Source: a virus (lineage: Duplodnaviria > Caudoviricetes). From it: a stretch of 28,315 bases of DNA. The stretch covers positions 1 through 28,315 of the IMG/VR virus record IMGVR_UViG_3300048861_000016; one strand, 5' to 3'. Position 1 is the stretch's first letter. Every line of letters starts with the position of its first letter. This document shows positions 8,359-17,710 of this stretch, piece after piece. The translations under genes were made by a program, and so were the position numbers. The notes below the pieces were generated by a model. It was given only the letters and a program-made list of their open reading frames with translations, was not told where the DNA came from and did no database searches.

Positions 8359-8829
8359 GTGGCAAAGGTGAGATTTATCGGGGACCCGAATCAGGTGCGC
8401 GAGCACCGCGACGGAACCGAATTCATGGGCGTGGCGCTGCCGCTCGGCGAGTGGGTCGAGATGGACGAAGCGCCGGCCCGCAAGCTGAGCCGCAACGCGC
8501 ATTTCGAGGTCGACGAGCTGCCGCCACTGCCGGAACCGGTGCTCGATGCGCCAGCGGGTGACGAACTCGCGATGTTGCGCCTGGATTTCGCCGAGCTGGC
8601 ACAGGATCGCGAAGAACTGATCGCGGCGTATCGCGAGCGCGGCGATCAACTGGTCGCCGCACAGGAGCGCATCGCGGAACTGGAAGCGCAAATCGCCGGG
8701 CAGACGAAGCCGGCCGAAGGGGAAGCGAATGGCGACGACGGTGCCGGAACTGGCGAAACGGGTGCTGCAAAAGCTGAAGGTGCTGGGCGAGGGGCAAACA
8801 GCAAGCGCCGAGGATCAGCAGATAGCTGA
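8359..8829 (+). CDS. hypothetical protein with coiled coil
   Basis: AGGAG RBS and GTG start. Coiled coil 'LVAAQERIAELEAQIA'; last 101 nt overlap the next gene. Confidence 0.7.
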   Translation: MAKVRFIGDPNQVREHRDGTEFMGVALPLGEWVEMDEAPARKLSRNAHFEVDELPPLPEPVLDAPAGDELAMLRLDFAELAQDREELIAAYRERGDQLVAAQERIAELEAQIAGQTKPAEGEANGDDGAGTGETGAAKAEGAGRGANSKRRGSADS

Positions 8830-9064
8830 ACAGAAGGTGTGCGCGGCGCATGCATCGATCCGCAAGGACGAGCGCGTGCGCTGGACGATCAACGACCTGC
8901 CAGAAGCCGCTGAAGAGCCCTACGTGTTCATGGCGGCATTTCTGGCCGGTGATGCGTTTGGCGCGCCGGTTGAAACATTGTGGTGGACGTGGGGTGAGCG
9001 CGAGATTACCGCGCTTGTGGCGACGCCGGGAACGGGTCAAGCCGTGCGAACGGAGTATTTCTGA
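8729..9064 (+). CDS. putative head-tail adaptor (P22 gp4-like position)
   Basis: AGGGGAAG RBS. N-terminus 'TVPELAKRVLQKLKVLGEGQTASAED' is typical of podovirus adaptors; TGATG coupling to the next gene. Confidence 0.6.
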   Translation: MATTVPELAKRVLQKLKVLGEGQTASAEDQQIAEQKVCAAHASIRKDERVRWTINDLPEAAEEPYVFMAAFLAGDAFGAPVETLWWTWGEREITALVATPGTGQAVRTEYF

Positions 9065-9474
9065 TGGACGTCAAGTTTTCGGTCGCGCTCGATCAGCCTG
9101 CACAGCAACGTGATTTTCAGGTTGCTGCGGGCGATGATTTCCGCGTGCTGCTCGACGTCTACGCGAGTGACGTGGACGACGGCAGCGATCCGGTCGATCT
9201 CACCGGCGCGACGCTCACGCTGAAGGTCGCGGATTGCGTCTACCCCTCGCTAACGGTCACGGCGCCCGGCGCGGCTGAAACATCGTTCGTCTTCGTGCCT
9301 GACAACACGAGCGGTGCGAACGGGCGGCTTCCATATCGCATCTTCATGGACGGTGCGGACAGCAAGCGCACGACTCTCGCATGGGGCGTCATGGTTGTGC
9401 GTAACGCGCGCTGGGAAGGCTGGCCGAGTGGTAGCGATTACGGCTGGCGCTATGGGCGCGGGTGGCCGGTATGA
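9064..9474 (+). CDS. hypothetical virion-module protein (beta-sandwich-like)
   Basis: Coupled at both ends (TGATG, ATGA). 'GDDF..L.....D....PVDLTGATL' pattern. Confidence 0.65.
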   Translation: MDVKFSVALDQPAQQRDFQVAAGDDFRVLLDVYASDVDDGSDPVDLTGATLTLKVADCVYPSLTVTAPGAAETSFVFVPDNTSGANGRLPYRIFMDGADSKRTTLAWGVMVVRNARWEGWPSGSDYGWRYGRGWPV

Positions 9475-10883
9475 AGCTCCCTCTGCTCACCGGCGCATAT
9501 GAGGCACGCAGCGTGATTGCGAGTGCGCAGCGCTGCGTCAACCTGTACCCCGAATCGAATCCGGCAGATTCCGAGTTTCCGACGACGCATTATCCGACGC
9601 CGGGCTTAATCAAGCGTGCGACGGCACCCCTGAAGGGTTTCCGCGGGCTCTACCCGGCGACGAATGGCGAACTGTATGCGGTGGTCGCGACGGCGCTGTA
9701 TCGCGTCGGCACAGACTGGTCGTTCAACCTGATCGGCTCGCTGTCGAGCGCGAGCGGTCCGGTGTCGATGGTCGACAACAGCCTCACGCTGGTGGTGGTC
9801 GATGGCACGAAGAACGGCTACACGGTCGACCTCAAAACGCATGCGTTCGCACCGATCAACGATCCGGCGTTCTATGGTTCGCCGCGCGTGTCTGTGCTCG
9901 ACGACTTCCTGATCTTCAATCAGCCGGACACGCGCCAGTTCTACATCAGCGGCGCGCTGGCGGTGACCTTCGATCCGCTTGACATTGCGTCGAAGAACGG
10001 CGCGCCCGACAAGCTCGTCGCGTCGGCTGTCGTCAATCATACGATCTGGCTCTTCGGCGAGCGCTCGACTGAGGTCTGGGCCGAATCCGGCGCCGCGGAC
10101 TTCGCATTCCAGCGTTATCCCGGCGTGTTCATCCAGCAGGGATGCGCATCGGCAGCATCGGTCGCGACGATCGATACCGTCATTTTCTGGCTGTCTGACG
10201 GTGCGGACGGCGAGGGGATGATTTTCCGAAACAACCAGATGACCGCGCAGCGGATCTCGACGCATGCGATGGAAGTCGAGATCAAGGGCTACGCGTGCAT
10301 CGACGACGCGATCGGCTACTGCTATCAGCGCGACGGGCATGCGTTCTACGTGCTCACGTTCCCGACCGCCGACAAAACCTGGTCTTATGACATCGCGACG
10401 GGACAATGGCACGAGCGTCTGTGGCTCGATGACACGGGCGCATTGCACCGCCACCGCGGCAACTGTTTCGCGCAGTGGAATCGCATGCAACTCGTCGGCG
10501 ATTGGGAGACCGGCGACCTGTACGAGATGACGCCAGACGCCCATAGCGACGCGGGCGCCGCATTGCTTCGCATTCGGTCATGGCCGGCGCTGTCCAGCGA
10601 GAAGAGCCGAATTTTCCTCGATCGCTTCCTGCTTGACATGGAAGTCGGCGAGATCCCGGTCGATCAGGACGAGCCGCAAGTCCGGCTGCGCTGGTCGGAC
10701 ACGCGCGGTCGCACATGGGGCAACGCAGTGTCGCGCGGCATCGGCGCGCGCGGTGAGTTCGATCACCTCGTGCAGTTCAACCGGTGCGGGCGGTCGCGTG
10801 AGCGCGTTTTCGAGGCATCGTGGTCCGCCGATGTGAAAACCGCGCTGAATGGCGCGTACGTCAGTCCGCAGGTAGGTGGGTGA
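9471..10883 (+). CDS. packaged-DNA stabilisation / tail hub protein (P22 gp10-like)
   Basis: 'QRCVNLYPE', 'IWLFGERSTEVW', 'FYVLTFPTADKTW.YD..T..WHER', 'LRWSD..G.TW' motifs; about 470 aa; synteny. Confidence 0.85.
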   Translation: MKLPLLTGAYEARSVIASAQRCVNLYPESNPADSEFPTTHYPTPGLIKRATAPLKGFRGLYPATNGELYAVVATALYRVGTDWSFNLIGSLSSASGPVSMVDNSLTLVVVDGTKNGYTVDLKTHAFAPINDPAFYGSPRVSVLDDFLIFNQPDTRQFYISGALAVTFDPLDIASKNGAPDKLVASAVVNHTIWLFGERSTEVWAESGAADFAFQRYPGVFIQQGCASAASVATIDTVIFWLSDGADGEGMIFRNNQMTAQRISTHAMEVEIKGYACIDDAIGYCYQRDGHAFYVLTFPTADKTWSYDIATGQWHERLWLDDTGALHRHRGNCFAQWNRMQLVGDWETGDLYEMTPDAHSDAGAALLRIRSWPALSSEKSRIFLDRFLLDMEVGEIPVDQDEPQVRLRWSDTRGRTWGNAVSRGIGARGEFDHLVQFNRCGRSRERVFEASWSADVKTALNGAYVSPQVGG

Positions 10884-12016
10884 TGGACGCGAAAAACAGC
10901 ACTCCGTTCCCCTCGAATCTGGCCGCGCCGCTCGGTCCGAACAATCAGTTCTCGCGCGTGTGGATGGATTTCTTCGTCGCGCTTTTCCGCCGGACCGGCG
11001 CGGAAGCCGGGTTCGATCCGACCGCGATCCAGCAGGCAATTGATGGGCTGCTCTCGTCGGTTGGATCGCTCGAAGCTGAAGTCGAGGCTGTACCGCCGGG
11101 TGGCGCATCGCTCGGCGCGCTGATGGAAATGATCGCGCAGATCGAGGCGCAGACCGCGCAGATGCTTGCCGCGGCGTCGCAGCCGCGTGACGAATTCGGT
11201 GAGGCGGGCGACGCGAGCCAGATGGCAGCGTTGCTCGAACGGATTGAGCGTCTCGAATCACAGAGCGGCATGGCCGGTGCACGCGGCGCGACCGACACGC
11301 GACTTGACGATATCGAAGCGCTCGCGTCTGGCGGCATGCCGCGTCAGGTCGACGCCGTGACCTCGGTTGCGGGACGTGACGGCGATGTGACGCTCGAAGT
11401 TGCCGATGTGAGTGGCGCCGCGCCGAGCGCTTCGCCGACGTTGACCGGCGCTGTCGCTGTGGGCGATGCAGGCAACACCAACACGGCGTTGTATGTCGCG
11501 GGCGCACTGGGCGGTGCAGGCACATCGCAATACGGCGTGCAGTCCACGCCCGAATTCAACGGCTCCGCGACAGGCAGTTGCTACACATACCTCGCGGCGC
11601 CGCGCCTGAAGTCTACGTCGTTCGTCGCCGGAAACGTGTACGGCTTCCTCAGCAGTCCGCCGACAGTCGGCGCGGGCGCGAGCATCACCAATTTCGAGCA
11701 GTTCATCGCGTCGAACTTCAGCACCGCTACCGGCCGTATTGCCGGCTTCCGGATGAAGGTCGCGAGCGGCACGAACAAATGGAATATCTATGCCGATGGC
11801 ACGGCCGCGAACTATTTCGCCGGGACGATGCAGATCGGCTCTGCCACCGATGACGGATCGGGCAACAAAATTCAGTGCACCACCGGAATTTCGATCGCGC
11901 CGGCCACGACAACGACGGCGCCGAGCGCTGGCGGCGCTGGCGCATTGCCGGCCACGCCAACCGGTTACGCAACGGTTCGGATCGGCGGCACTGACCGCAA
12001 AGTCGCTTACTACTAG
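10883..12016 (+). CDS. putative tail needle/fibre protein (P22 gp26 position)
   Basis: TGATG coupling to the gp10-like gene. N-terminal 'W..FF..L', coiled coil, 'VTSVAGRDGDVTL' tail-repeat motif, beta-rich C-terminal domain. Confidence 0.6.
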   Translation: MDAKNSTPFPSNLAAPLGPNNQFSRVWMDFFVALFRRTGAEAGFDPTAIQQAIDGLLSSVGSLEAEVEAVPPGGASLGALMEMIAQIEAQTAQMLAAASQPRDEFGEAGDASQMAALLERIERLESQSGMAGARGATDTRLDDIEALASGGMPRQVDAVTSVAGRDGDVTLEVADVSGAAPSASPTLTGAVAVGDAGNTNTALYVAGALGGAGTSQYGVQSTPEFNGSATGSCYTYLAAPRLKSTSFVAGNVYGFLSSPPTVGAGASITNFEQFIASNFSTATGRIAGFRMKVASGTNKWNIYADGTAANYFAGTMQIGSATDDGSGNKIQCTTGISIAPATTTTAPSAGGAGALPATPTGYATVRIGGTDRKVAYY

Positions 12017-12025
12017 GGGAAATCG

Positions 12026-12349
12026 ATGATCACGTGGAAACAACTCTGTCAGACGGTGCTCACGGCTTCGGCGACTTCCGTCTATACGGCCGATGCAGCT
12101 ACTGCAGCAGCGATCCATCAGGCATCCGCCTTCAATTCGACAGGCAGCGTCGCAGCGGTGAAGGTCTACATCGTGCCGGTGTCTGGCGCGGCCGCTGATG
12201 CGACGACGGTTACGACGGTGAATGTCCCGGCTGGCCTCTCCAGGCCGCTGCCCGATCTGATCGGACACAAGCTGCAAGCGGGCATGCAGATTTTCGCGGT
12301 TGGCGACGGCGTCACGCTCACGATCTCGGGCGCGGAGAACGTGCAATGA
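12026..12349 (+). CDS. hypothetical small virion-module protein
   Basis: AGGGGAA RBS. 107-aa beta-rich protein with ATGA overlap into the next gene. Confidence 0.65.
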   Translation: MITWKQLCQTVLTASATSVYTADAATAAAIHQASAFNSTGSVAAVKVYIVPVSGAAADATTVTTVNVPAGLSRPLPDLIGHKLQAGMQIFAVGDGVTLTISGAENVQ

Positions 12350-12810
12350 ATGAGTTGAATCCGATTGCCGCAGTCGTGGAAGCGTCGGATGCGGGCGGCG
12401 CAGAGGCGATGCGTGAGAAGGTGGTGCGACTCGAAGATGAGATGCGCAAGCATCCCCAGATCGAGATCGAGACTACGCATCACTTTGCGCCGGGTATTTA
12501 TGCCCGCGAGGTGTTCATCCCGGCAGGATCGCTTGTTACAGGGAAGATTCACAGGACCGATCACATCAACATCGTTTCGAAGGGCGACATCACCGTCCTG
12601 ACCGACGAAGGCATGAAGCGGATAAAAGCGCCGTTCACCTTCGTCGCGAGCGCTGGTACAAAGCGCGCGGGATATGCCCATGAAGACACGGTGTGGACGA
12701 CGGTTCACGCGAGCAATGAAACTGACCTCGACAAGCTTGAGGCTGAATTGATCTCGCCGACATTCGAAGAACTGCCGTCTGCAGACGTGCAAAAGCTGAA
12801 GGGGGATTGA
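12346..12810 (+). CDS. cupin-like protein
   Basis: 'GIYAREVFIPAGSLVTGKIHRTDHINIVSKGDITV ... AGTKRAGYAHEDTVWTTVH' follows the two-motif cupin barrel pattern. Confidence 0.65.
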   Translation: MNELNPIAAVVEASDAGGAEAMREKVVRLEDEMRKHPQIEIETTHHFAPGIYAREVFIPAGSLVTGKIHRTDHINIVSKGDITVLTDEGMKRIKAPFTFVASAGTKRAGYAHEDTVWTTVHASNETDLDKLEAELISPTFEELPSADVQKLKGD

Positions 12811-12812
12811 TC

Positions 12813-13556
12813 ATGTCATGGATCGCAGTGGGTGTAGCGGGGGCGGCTGTAGTCGGTGGTGTTGCTTCGAGCGCGATCGGCGCAAGTGCATCAAAAGACG
12901 CGGCCCAGACTCAGGCGGATGCCGCGAACAATTCGGCGCAGTTGCAGCAACAGCAGTACGACCAGACGCGCACTGATCTTCAGCCCTATCGGGATCTTGG
13001 CTCAAATGCCATCCCGCAACTGAACACCGCGCTTGCGAATCCGCTGCTGACTTCGACATTCACTGCACCGACGCTCACGCAGGCGCAGTCAACTCCGGGA
13101 TATGGATTCACGCTCGACCAAGGCCTGAAGGCGGCTCAGAACAGTGCGTCAGCGCGCGGACTCGGATCGTCCGGAGCCGCGATCAAGGGCGCGGAAAGCT
13201 ACGCGACTGGCCTTGCCGACTCGACCTACAACGACGTCTATAACCGCGCGTTGAGCGCCTACAACACGAATCAGACGACCGCATCGAACAATGTGAATCG
13301 ACTGCTCGGCATCGTGGGCACTGGGCAAAACGCGGCAGCGATGACGGGCTCTCTCGGTGCGCAGGCGACGCAGGGTATCGCGAATACGCTCACGTCCGGC
13401 GCGGCGGCGTCGGCCGCAGGAACGGTCGGCTCAGCAAACGCAATCTCGAACGGAATTTCGACGGCCGTCAACGGCGGCACAAATTCGCTTTTGCTCAGCA
13501 GTCTGATGAAAAAGGGCACCGGTACCGCCGCAACTGACGCATGGGGGACGATGTAA
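12813..13556 (+). CDS. DNA ejection/transfer protein 1 (P22 gp7-like)
   Basis: Hydrophobic Gly/Ala N-terminus, 'DLQPYR', 'PGY.F...QG..A.QNSASARG...SGA..K' motif; first of three ejection genes. Confidence 0.75.
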   Translation: MSWIAVGVAGAAVVGGVASSAIGASASKDAAQTQADAANNSAQLQQQQYDQTRTDLQPYRDLGSNAIPQLNTALANPLLTSTFTAPTLTQAQSTPGYGFTLDQGLKAAQNSASARGLGSSGAAIKGAESYATGLADSTYNDVYNRALSAYNTNQTTASNNVNRLLGIVGTGQNAAAMTGSLGAQATQGIANTLTSGAAASAAGTVGSANAISNGISTAVNGGTNSLLLSSLMKKGTGTAATDAWGTM

Positions 13557-14953
13557 TGGCGCTCGATCCGAATATCGCCCTGCAGGTTCAGCCTGCGCAG
13601 ATTCAAAACCCGCTCACGGCCTATGCGAACGTCGCCGCGCTTCAGAATGCCCAGCAGCAAAACCAGCTATACGGGCTCGCCATTCAAAAGAGTCAGCGCG
13701 AACAAACGCAGTCCGATGCGCTGAACAACGCGTTCAAGGCTCCCGGTGCGGTCAATGCCGATGGCTCGCTCAATTCGAGTGGCATCCTGTCGAACGTTGC
13801 GAGCGCTGGCGCAGGCTCGGCGATCCCTGCGCTCTCGAAGCAACTCACAGAGGCGCAGACGGCACAACTCGGCCAGCAGAAAGCGAAGGTGGAAAACGCC
13901 CTGCAACAGGTCGGTGCAATCGGTCAGGTGTTGAATGGCGTCACCGATCAGACGAGCTACGATGCCGCGCGCAATTGGGCTGCAACGCATCTTGGTCAAG
14001 ACGCGGTGGCGAATATGCCTGCGCAATATGACCCGCAGCTTGTCGCGCAGAAGCAGCGCGAAGCGCTAACGGTCGTGCAGCAACTCGATCAGCACAACAA
14101 GGCGCTCGACCAGCAGTTGCAGCAGGCGCAATTCGGCGAGACGCAGCGTCACAACGCGGCGACCGAAGCGTCGACGACGCGCGGCCAGGATTTGACGGCG
14201 GCCACCGAGACGCGCGGCCAGAATCTGCGCGCGCTCGACTATGACGCGACCAACGGTGTCGTCGTCAACAAGGCGACCGGCCAGACGATGCAGATTCCGG
14301 GCATCAGCGGCTCGCAAAAGCTCACGCAGGATCAGGGCAACGCCGTCGCGTTCGGCGCGCGCGCTCTCGACGCGCAGAGCACGCTACGGCAACTGGAGGC
14401 CAGCGGTGTAACGAATGGTGGACGGCTGGCGGGTGGCCTTGACGCTATCCCCGTAATCGGTGGCGCACTGGGTGGCGCTGTGCGCAGCACGGCAGGATTG
14501 CCGCTTGTCGGAGGTCTCGCCCAAAGCACCATCGCGCCTAGCGACCAGCAACAGAGCTATGAGCAAGCGCAGCGCAACTTCGTTTCCGCAGTCCTGCGCA
14601 AAGAGTCGGGCGCCGCTATCTCGAATGAGGAATACGCCAATGAGGGGAAAAAGTACTTCCCGCAGCCTGGCGATAGCGCGGCGACGATCGAGCAGAAGGC
14701 CCGCGCGCGCGATCTCGCTATCGAAGGTCTGAAGGCGCAGGCCGGACCGGGCGCATCGCTGATTCCGGGGATCATCTCGTCGGCGAATCAGGACTATTCG
14801 CAGCAGCCGCGCAGCGGTCAGCAGCAGCCGGCCGCGACCGCGCAATCGCAGCCGACAGCACCGGTCGCGCCGGACGCCGCGCTCGCAGAGCTGCGCCGGC
14901 GCGCCGCGTCGAATCCCGCGCTTGCGGCGCGCCTTCAGGCGATGGGGCATTAA
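13556..14953 (+). CDS. DNA ejection protein 2 (P22 gp20-like position)
   Basis: TAATG coupling. Q/A-rich helical protein with TRGQD/TRGQN repeats and 'LRKESGAAIS..E......YFPQPGD'. Confidence 0.65.
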   Translation: MALDPNIALQVQPAQIQNPLTAYANVAALQNAQQQNQLYGLAIQKSQREQTQSDALNNAFKAPGAVNADGSLNSSGILSNVASAGAGSAIPALSKQLTEAQTAQLGQQKAKVENALQQVGAIGQVLNGVTDQTSYDAARNWAATHLGQDAVANMPAQYDPQLVAQKQREALTVVQQLDQHNKALDQQLQQAQFGETQRHNAATEASTTRGQDLTAATETRGQNLRALDYDATNGVVVNKATGQTMQIPGISGSQKLTQDQGNAVAFGARALDAQSTLRQLEASGVTNGGRLAGGLDAIPVIGGALGGAVRSTAGLPLVGGLAQSTIAPSDQQQSYEQAQRNFVSAVLRKESGAAISNEEYANEGKKYFPQPGDSAATIEQKARARDLAIEGLKAQAGPGASLIPGIISSANQDYSQQPRSGQQQPAATAQSQPTAPVAPDAALAELRRRAASNPALAARLQAMGH

Positions 14954-17596
14954 ATGGCCGATCTCAGCTCACTTTCTGACGACGCTCTGCTTTCCTCTAT
15001 TGGCCCGGCGCCGGCCGCCGCTCACACGCCCGCTGCGTTTGTCGCTCAGCATGCGGGCACCGCCGCGGCGACCGGCCAGCAACTCGGCGTTGATCCGAAC
15101 CTGCTGCTTGCGCAATGGGGCCTCGAAACCGGGTGGGGCAAATCCGTCATCCCCGGTACGAACAACCTAGGCAACATCAAGGATTTTTCCGGAGGTGGCG
15201 TCGCGGCGCGCGACAACGCGACCGGGTCGAATGACAACTACCGCGCGTATTCGTCGCCGGATGCGTTCGCCGCTGATCAGGCATCGCTGCTGAGCCGCAA
15301 ATATCCGGGTGTCGTCGGTGCTGGCTCCGACGTGTCTAAGTTCGCCGCCGGCCTGCGCGGCTATGCCGAAGATCCGCAATACGGCCAGAAGCTTGCCGCG
15401 ACGGCGCAGACGGTTCAACGCGTCGCGCAGCAGAATCCCAGCCTGTTCGCGCGCGTCGGCAACGCGGTTGCAAGCGCTATTTCCGGCACCGCGAACGCGG
15501 CCACGCCGCAGGAGCTGTCTGGCATCAGCGATGATGATCTGCTCGCCGCATTGGCGTCCCGTCGTCAGGGCGCCGCGCCGCAGGCGCCGAGCAGCCCCCC
15601 GATCCTTGATCAGGTCGGGCATCAACTCGGGCTCACAGCACGCGCGGTAGGGCACGGTATCGCAGATGCGGCCGGCCTGGTCGGCAACCCCATCAATGCC
15701 GCGATCAATGCCGCTGGCAGGGCAATCGGCCACGATCCGCAGCTTCAGGACGTGGACACGCTCATCCGGCGCGGCGTCGACGCGGTAACGCCAGCGCCGG
15801 CCAACGGCACGGAACAGACGGTCAACGACATCGCGGGCGCCGTAGCGAACCCGGTGAATATGATCGGCGGTCCTATCATGGCCGGCGCGCGCTCGATCCC
15901 GGCGGCAATCGGGCGCGGTGCGATCGCTGGCGCCGTGACAGGCGACCTTCAACCGGTGCACCAAGGCGACACACTCGGCACACTCGCGCAGCGCGGCGCA
16001 GCCGGCGCGATCGGTGGTGCAGCCGGCGGCGCATTGGGTGCAGGCGCGAGCGCGGTGGTCGACAAACTTGTGAATGGCGCAAACAGCATCGTCACGGCGG
16101 TGCGCGCGAATCTGCCGTCGACACAGGCCGCCTCGCGCATCAGCGCGGACGACATTCTCCAGCGCGCGGCTCAGGAACAGGGCATCGACCTGTCGGCGAT
16201 TCCGCAATCGATCCTCAACGGCGCACGCCAGCAGGTCACGGAAGCGCTGTCGAGCCGCGCAACGCCGGATGTCGCCGCGCTGCTGCGCCGGGCAGAAGGC
16301 GAGGCCGTGCTTGGTCCGAACGGCCTGACGCTGGGGCAGGCAACACGCGATCCCGCGCAATTCACTGCCGAGAAGAACCTGCGCGGCGTGCAGGGAGCCG
16401 GCGAGCCGCTAATGCAGCGCTATGCGGACCAGAATCGCGGCCTCATCGGCGCACTGAACGACCAGGGCGCTGCACGCGCGCCGGGCGAGTTCAACGCCGG
16501 TCAGTCGACGATCGATGCGCTTGCCGCGCGCGACGCCGCGACGCAGGCCAATGTCAGTTCGCTGTACCAGCGCGCGCGTGATCTGAATGGTGGCGACATT
16601 CCGCTGAACGGCGCGCGCTTCGCAGAACAGGCGAATACGACGCTAGATTCCGACCTTGCTCATGCGCATCTGCCGGAATGGGCGCGCTCGACGATGAACG
16701 ATATTTCGTCGGGAAATATCCCGCTTACGGTCGGCGTGTCGGAGCAGTTCAAGACCCAGCTCTCGCGCGCGATCCGATCGTCGACGGACGGCAACGAGCG
16801 CCACGCGCTCGGCGTCGTACGCAATGCGTTGGAGAGTGCTGAGCCGTTGGATGCGGCCGCGCCGGCGGGCGGCAATCAGGTCGTCACCGCCGCGCAGGCC
16901 GCCGCGCGCGGGCCGAGTTCGCCAGGCGCCGAGGCCGTTGATGCATTCAATCAGGCGCGCGCCGCAGCCGCGCAGCGTTTCGGCACCATCGATGCGAATC
17001 CGGCATTGCGCGCAGTCGTGAACGGCGACGCAGTGCCCGACAATTTCTTCAAGCGCTATGTGCTGAACGGCAATGTCGGCGACGTGAATTCTCTGCTCGG
17101 TCTCGTACCTGACCAAGGCGCGCAGTTGCGCTCACAGGTGGTCGACTACCTGAAGCAGAAGGCGCTCAACGGGGCAAGCGATGAGATCGGGACGTTCAGC
17201 CAGTCCGCATTCAACAAGGCGTTGAACTCGCTGGGCGACGCGAAGCTGAACGCGCTGTTTCCTGCGGAACAGGTCGCGCGGTTGCGGCAGATCGGAAGAG
17301 TGGCGGCCAATGTTCAGGCGCAGCCGGCGGGGTCGGCGGTGAACAACTCGAATACGGGCGCCGCAGTGATGAATCTGTTGAGCCAGATGAGTGGGAAAGT
17401 TGGCTCGCTGCCGGGGATCAATCTAGCGCGTAACTCGCTTGACCAGTTCCTTAACGAGAGAGCGGCCGCCGAGGCGCTCGCTGCGAATGTACGCGCTGCC
17501 GCGAACCCTGGCGTCAAAGGGAGCCTGAACGCGCTTCTCCCAGTTCTTGCGCCAGCGGGCGGGGCTGTTGCCGCCCAGCCGGGCCGCCAGCGTTAG
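14954..17596 (+). CDS. DNA ejection protein 3 (P22 gp16-like position) with N-terminal glucosaminidase (FlgJ/GH73-like) domain
   Basis: 880 aa and Ala-rich. 'LLAQWGLETGWGKS...NNLGNIK...YRAYSS...GYAEDPQYGQKL' is the GH73 signature. Confidence 0.8.
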   Translation: MADLSSLSDDALLSSIGPAPAAAHTPAAFVAQHAGTAAATGQQLGVDPNLLLAQWGLETGWGKSVIPGTNNLGNIKDFSGGGVAARDNATGSNDNYRAYSSPDAFAADQASLLSRKYPGVVGAGSDVSKFAAGLRGYAEDPQYGQKLAATAQTVQRVAQQNPSLFARVGNAVASAISGTANAATPQELSGISDDDLLAALASRRQGAAPQAPSSPPILDQVGHQLGLTARAVGHGIADAAGLVGNPINAAINAAGRAIGHDPQLQDVDTLIRRGVDAVTPAPANGTEQTVNDIAGAVANPVNMIGGPIMAGARSIPAAIGRGAIAGAVTGDLQPVHQGDTLGTLAQRGAAGAIGGAAGGALGAGASAVVDKLVNGANSIVTAVRANLPSTQAASRISADDILQRAAQEQGIDLSAIPQSILNGARQQVTEALSSRATPDVAALLRRAEGEAVLGPNGLTLGQATRDPAQFTAEKNLRGVQGAGEPLMQRYADQNRGLIGALNDQGAARAPGEFNAGQSTIDALAARDAATQANVSSLYQRARDLNGGDIPLNGARFAEQANTTLDSDLAHAHLPEWARSTMNDISSGNIPLTVGVSEQFKTQLSRAIRSSTDGNERHALGVVRNALESAEPLDAAAPAGGNQVVTAAQAAARGPSSPGAEAVDAFNQARAAAAQRFGTIDANPALRAVVNGDAVPDNFFKRYVLNGNVGDVNSLLGLVPDQGAQLRSQVVDYLKQKALNGASDEIGTFSQSAFNKALNSLGDAKLNALFPAEQVARLRQIGRVAANVQAQPAGSAVNNSNTGAAVMNLLSQMSGKVGSLPGINLARNSLDQFLNERAAAEALAANVRAAANPGVKGSLNALLPVLAPAGGAVAAQPGRQR

Positions 17597-17686
17597 GAGC
17601 GCCGACCAGATGAAAGCCGTAATGACGCCAACGATAAAACGCTGCGAAGTGACGTCCGCGACGATCCAGTGCCAGAGCTTGTCCAT
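17423..17686 (-). CDS. small single-TM membrane protein, candidate superinfection exclusion factor
   Basis: Occupies the only gap in the late operon on the opposite strand. TM segment FIVGVITAFIWSALLTLAA followed by a basic tail; AAAAGG RBS-like site; own promoter. Confidence 0.55.
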   Translation of the reverse strand: MDKLWHWIVADVTSQRFIVGVITAFIWSALLTLAARLGGNSPARWRKNWEKRVQAPFDARVRGSAYIRSERLGGRSLVKELVKRVTR

Positions 17687-17710
17687 GTTTTTCGCCTTTT
17701 CGATTCGGGG

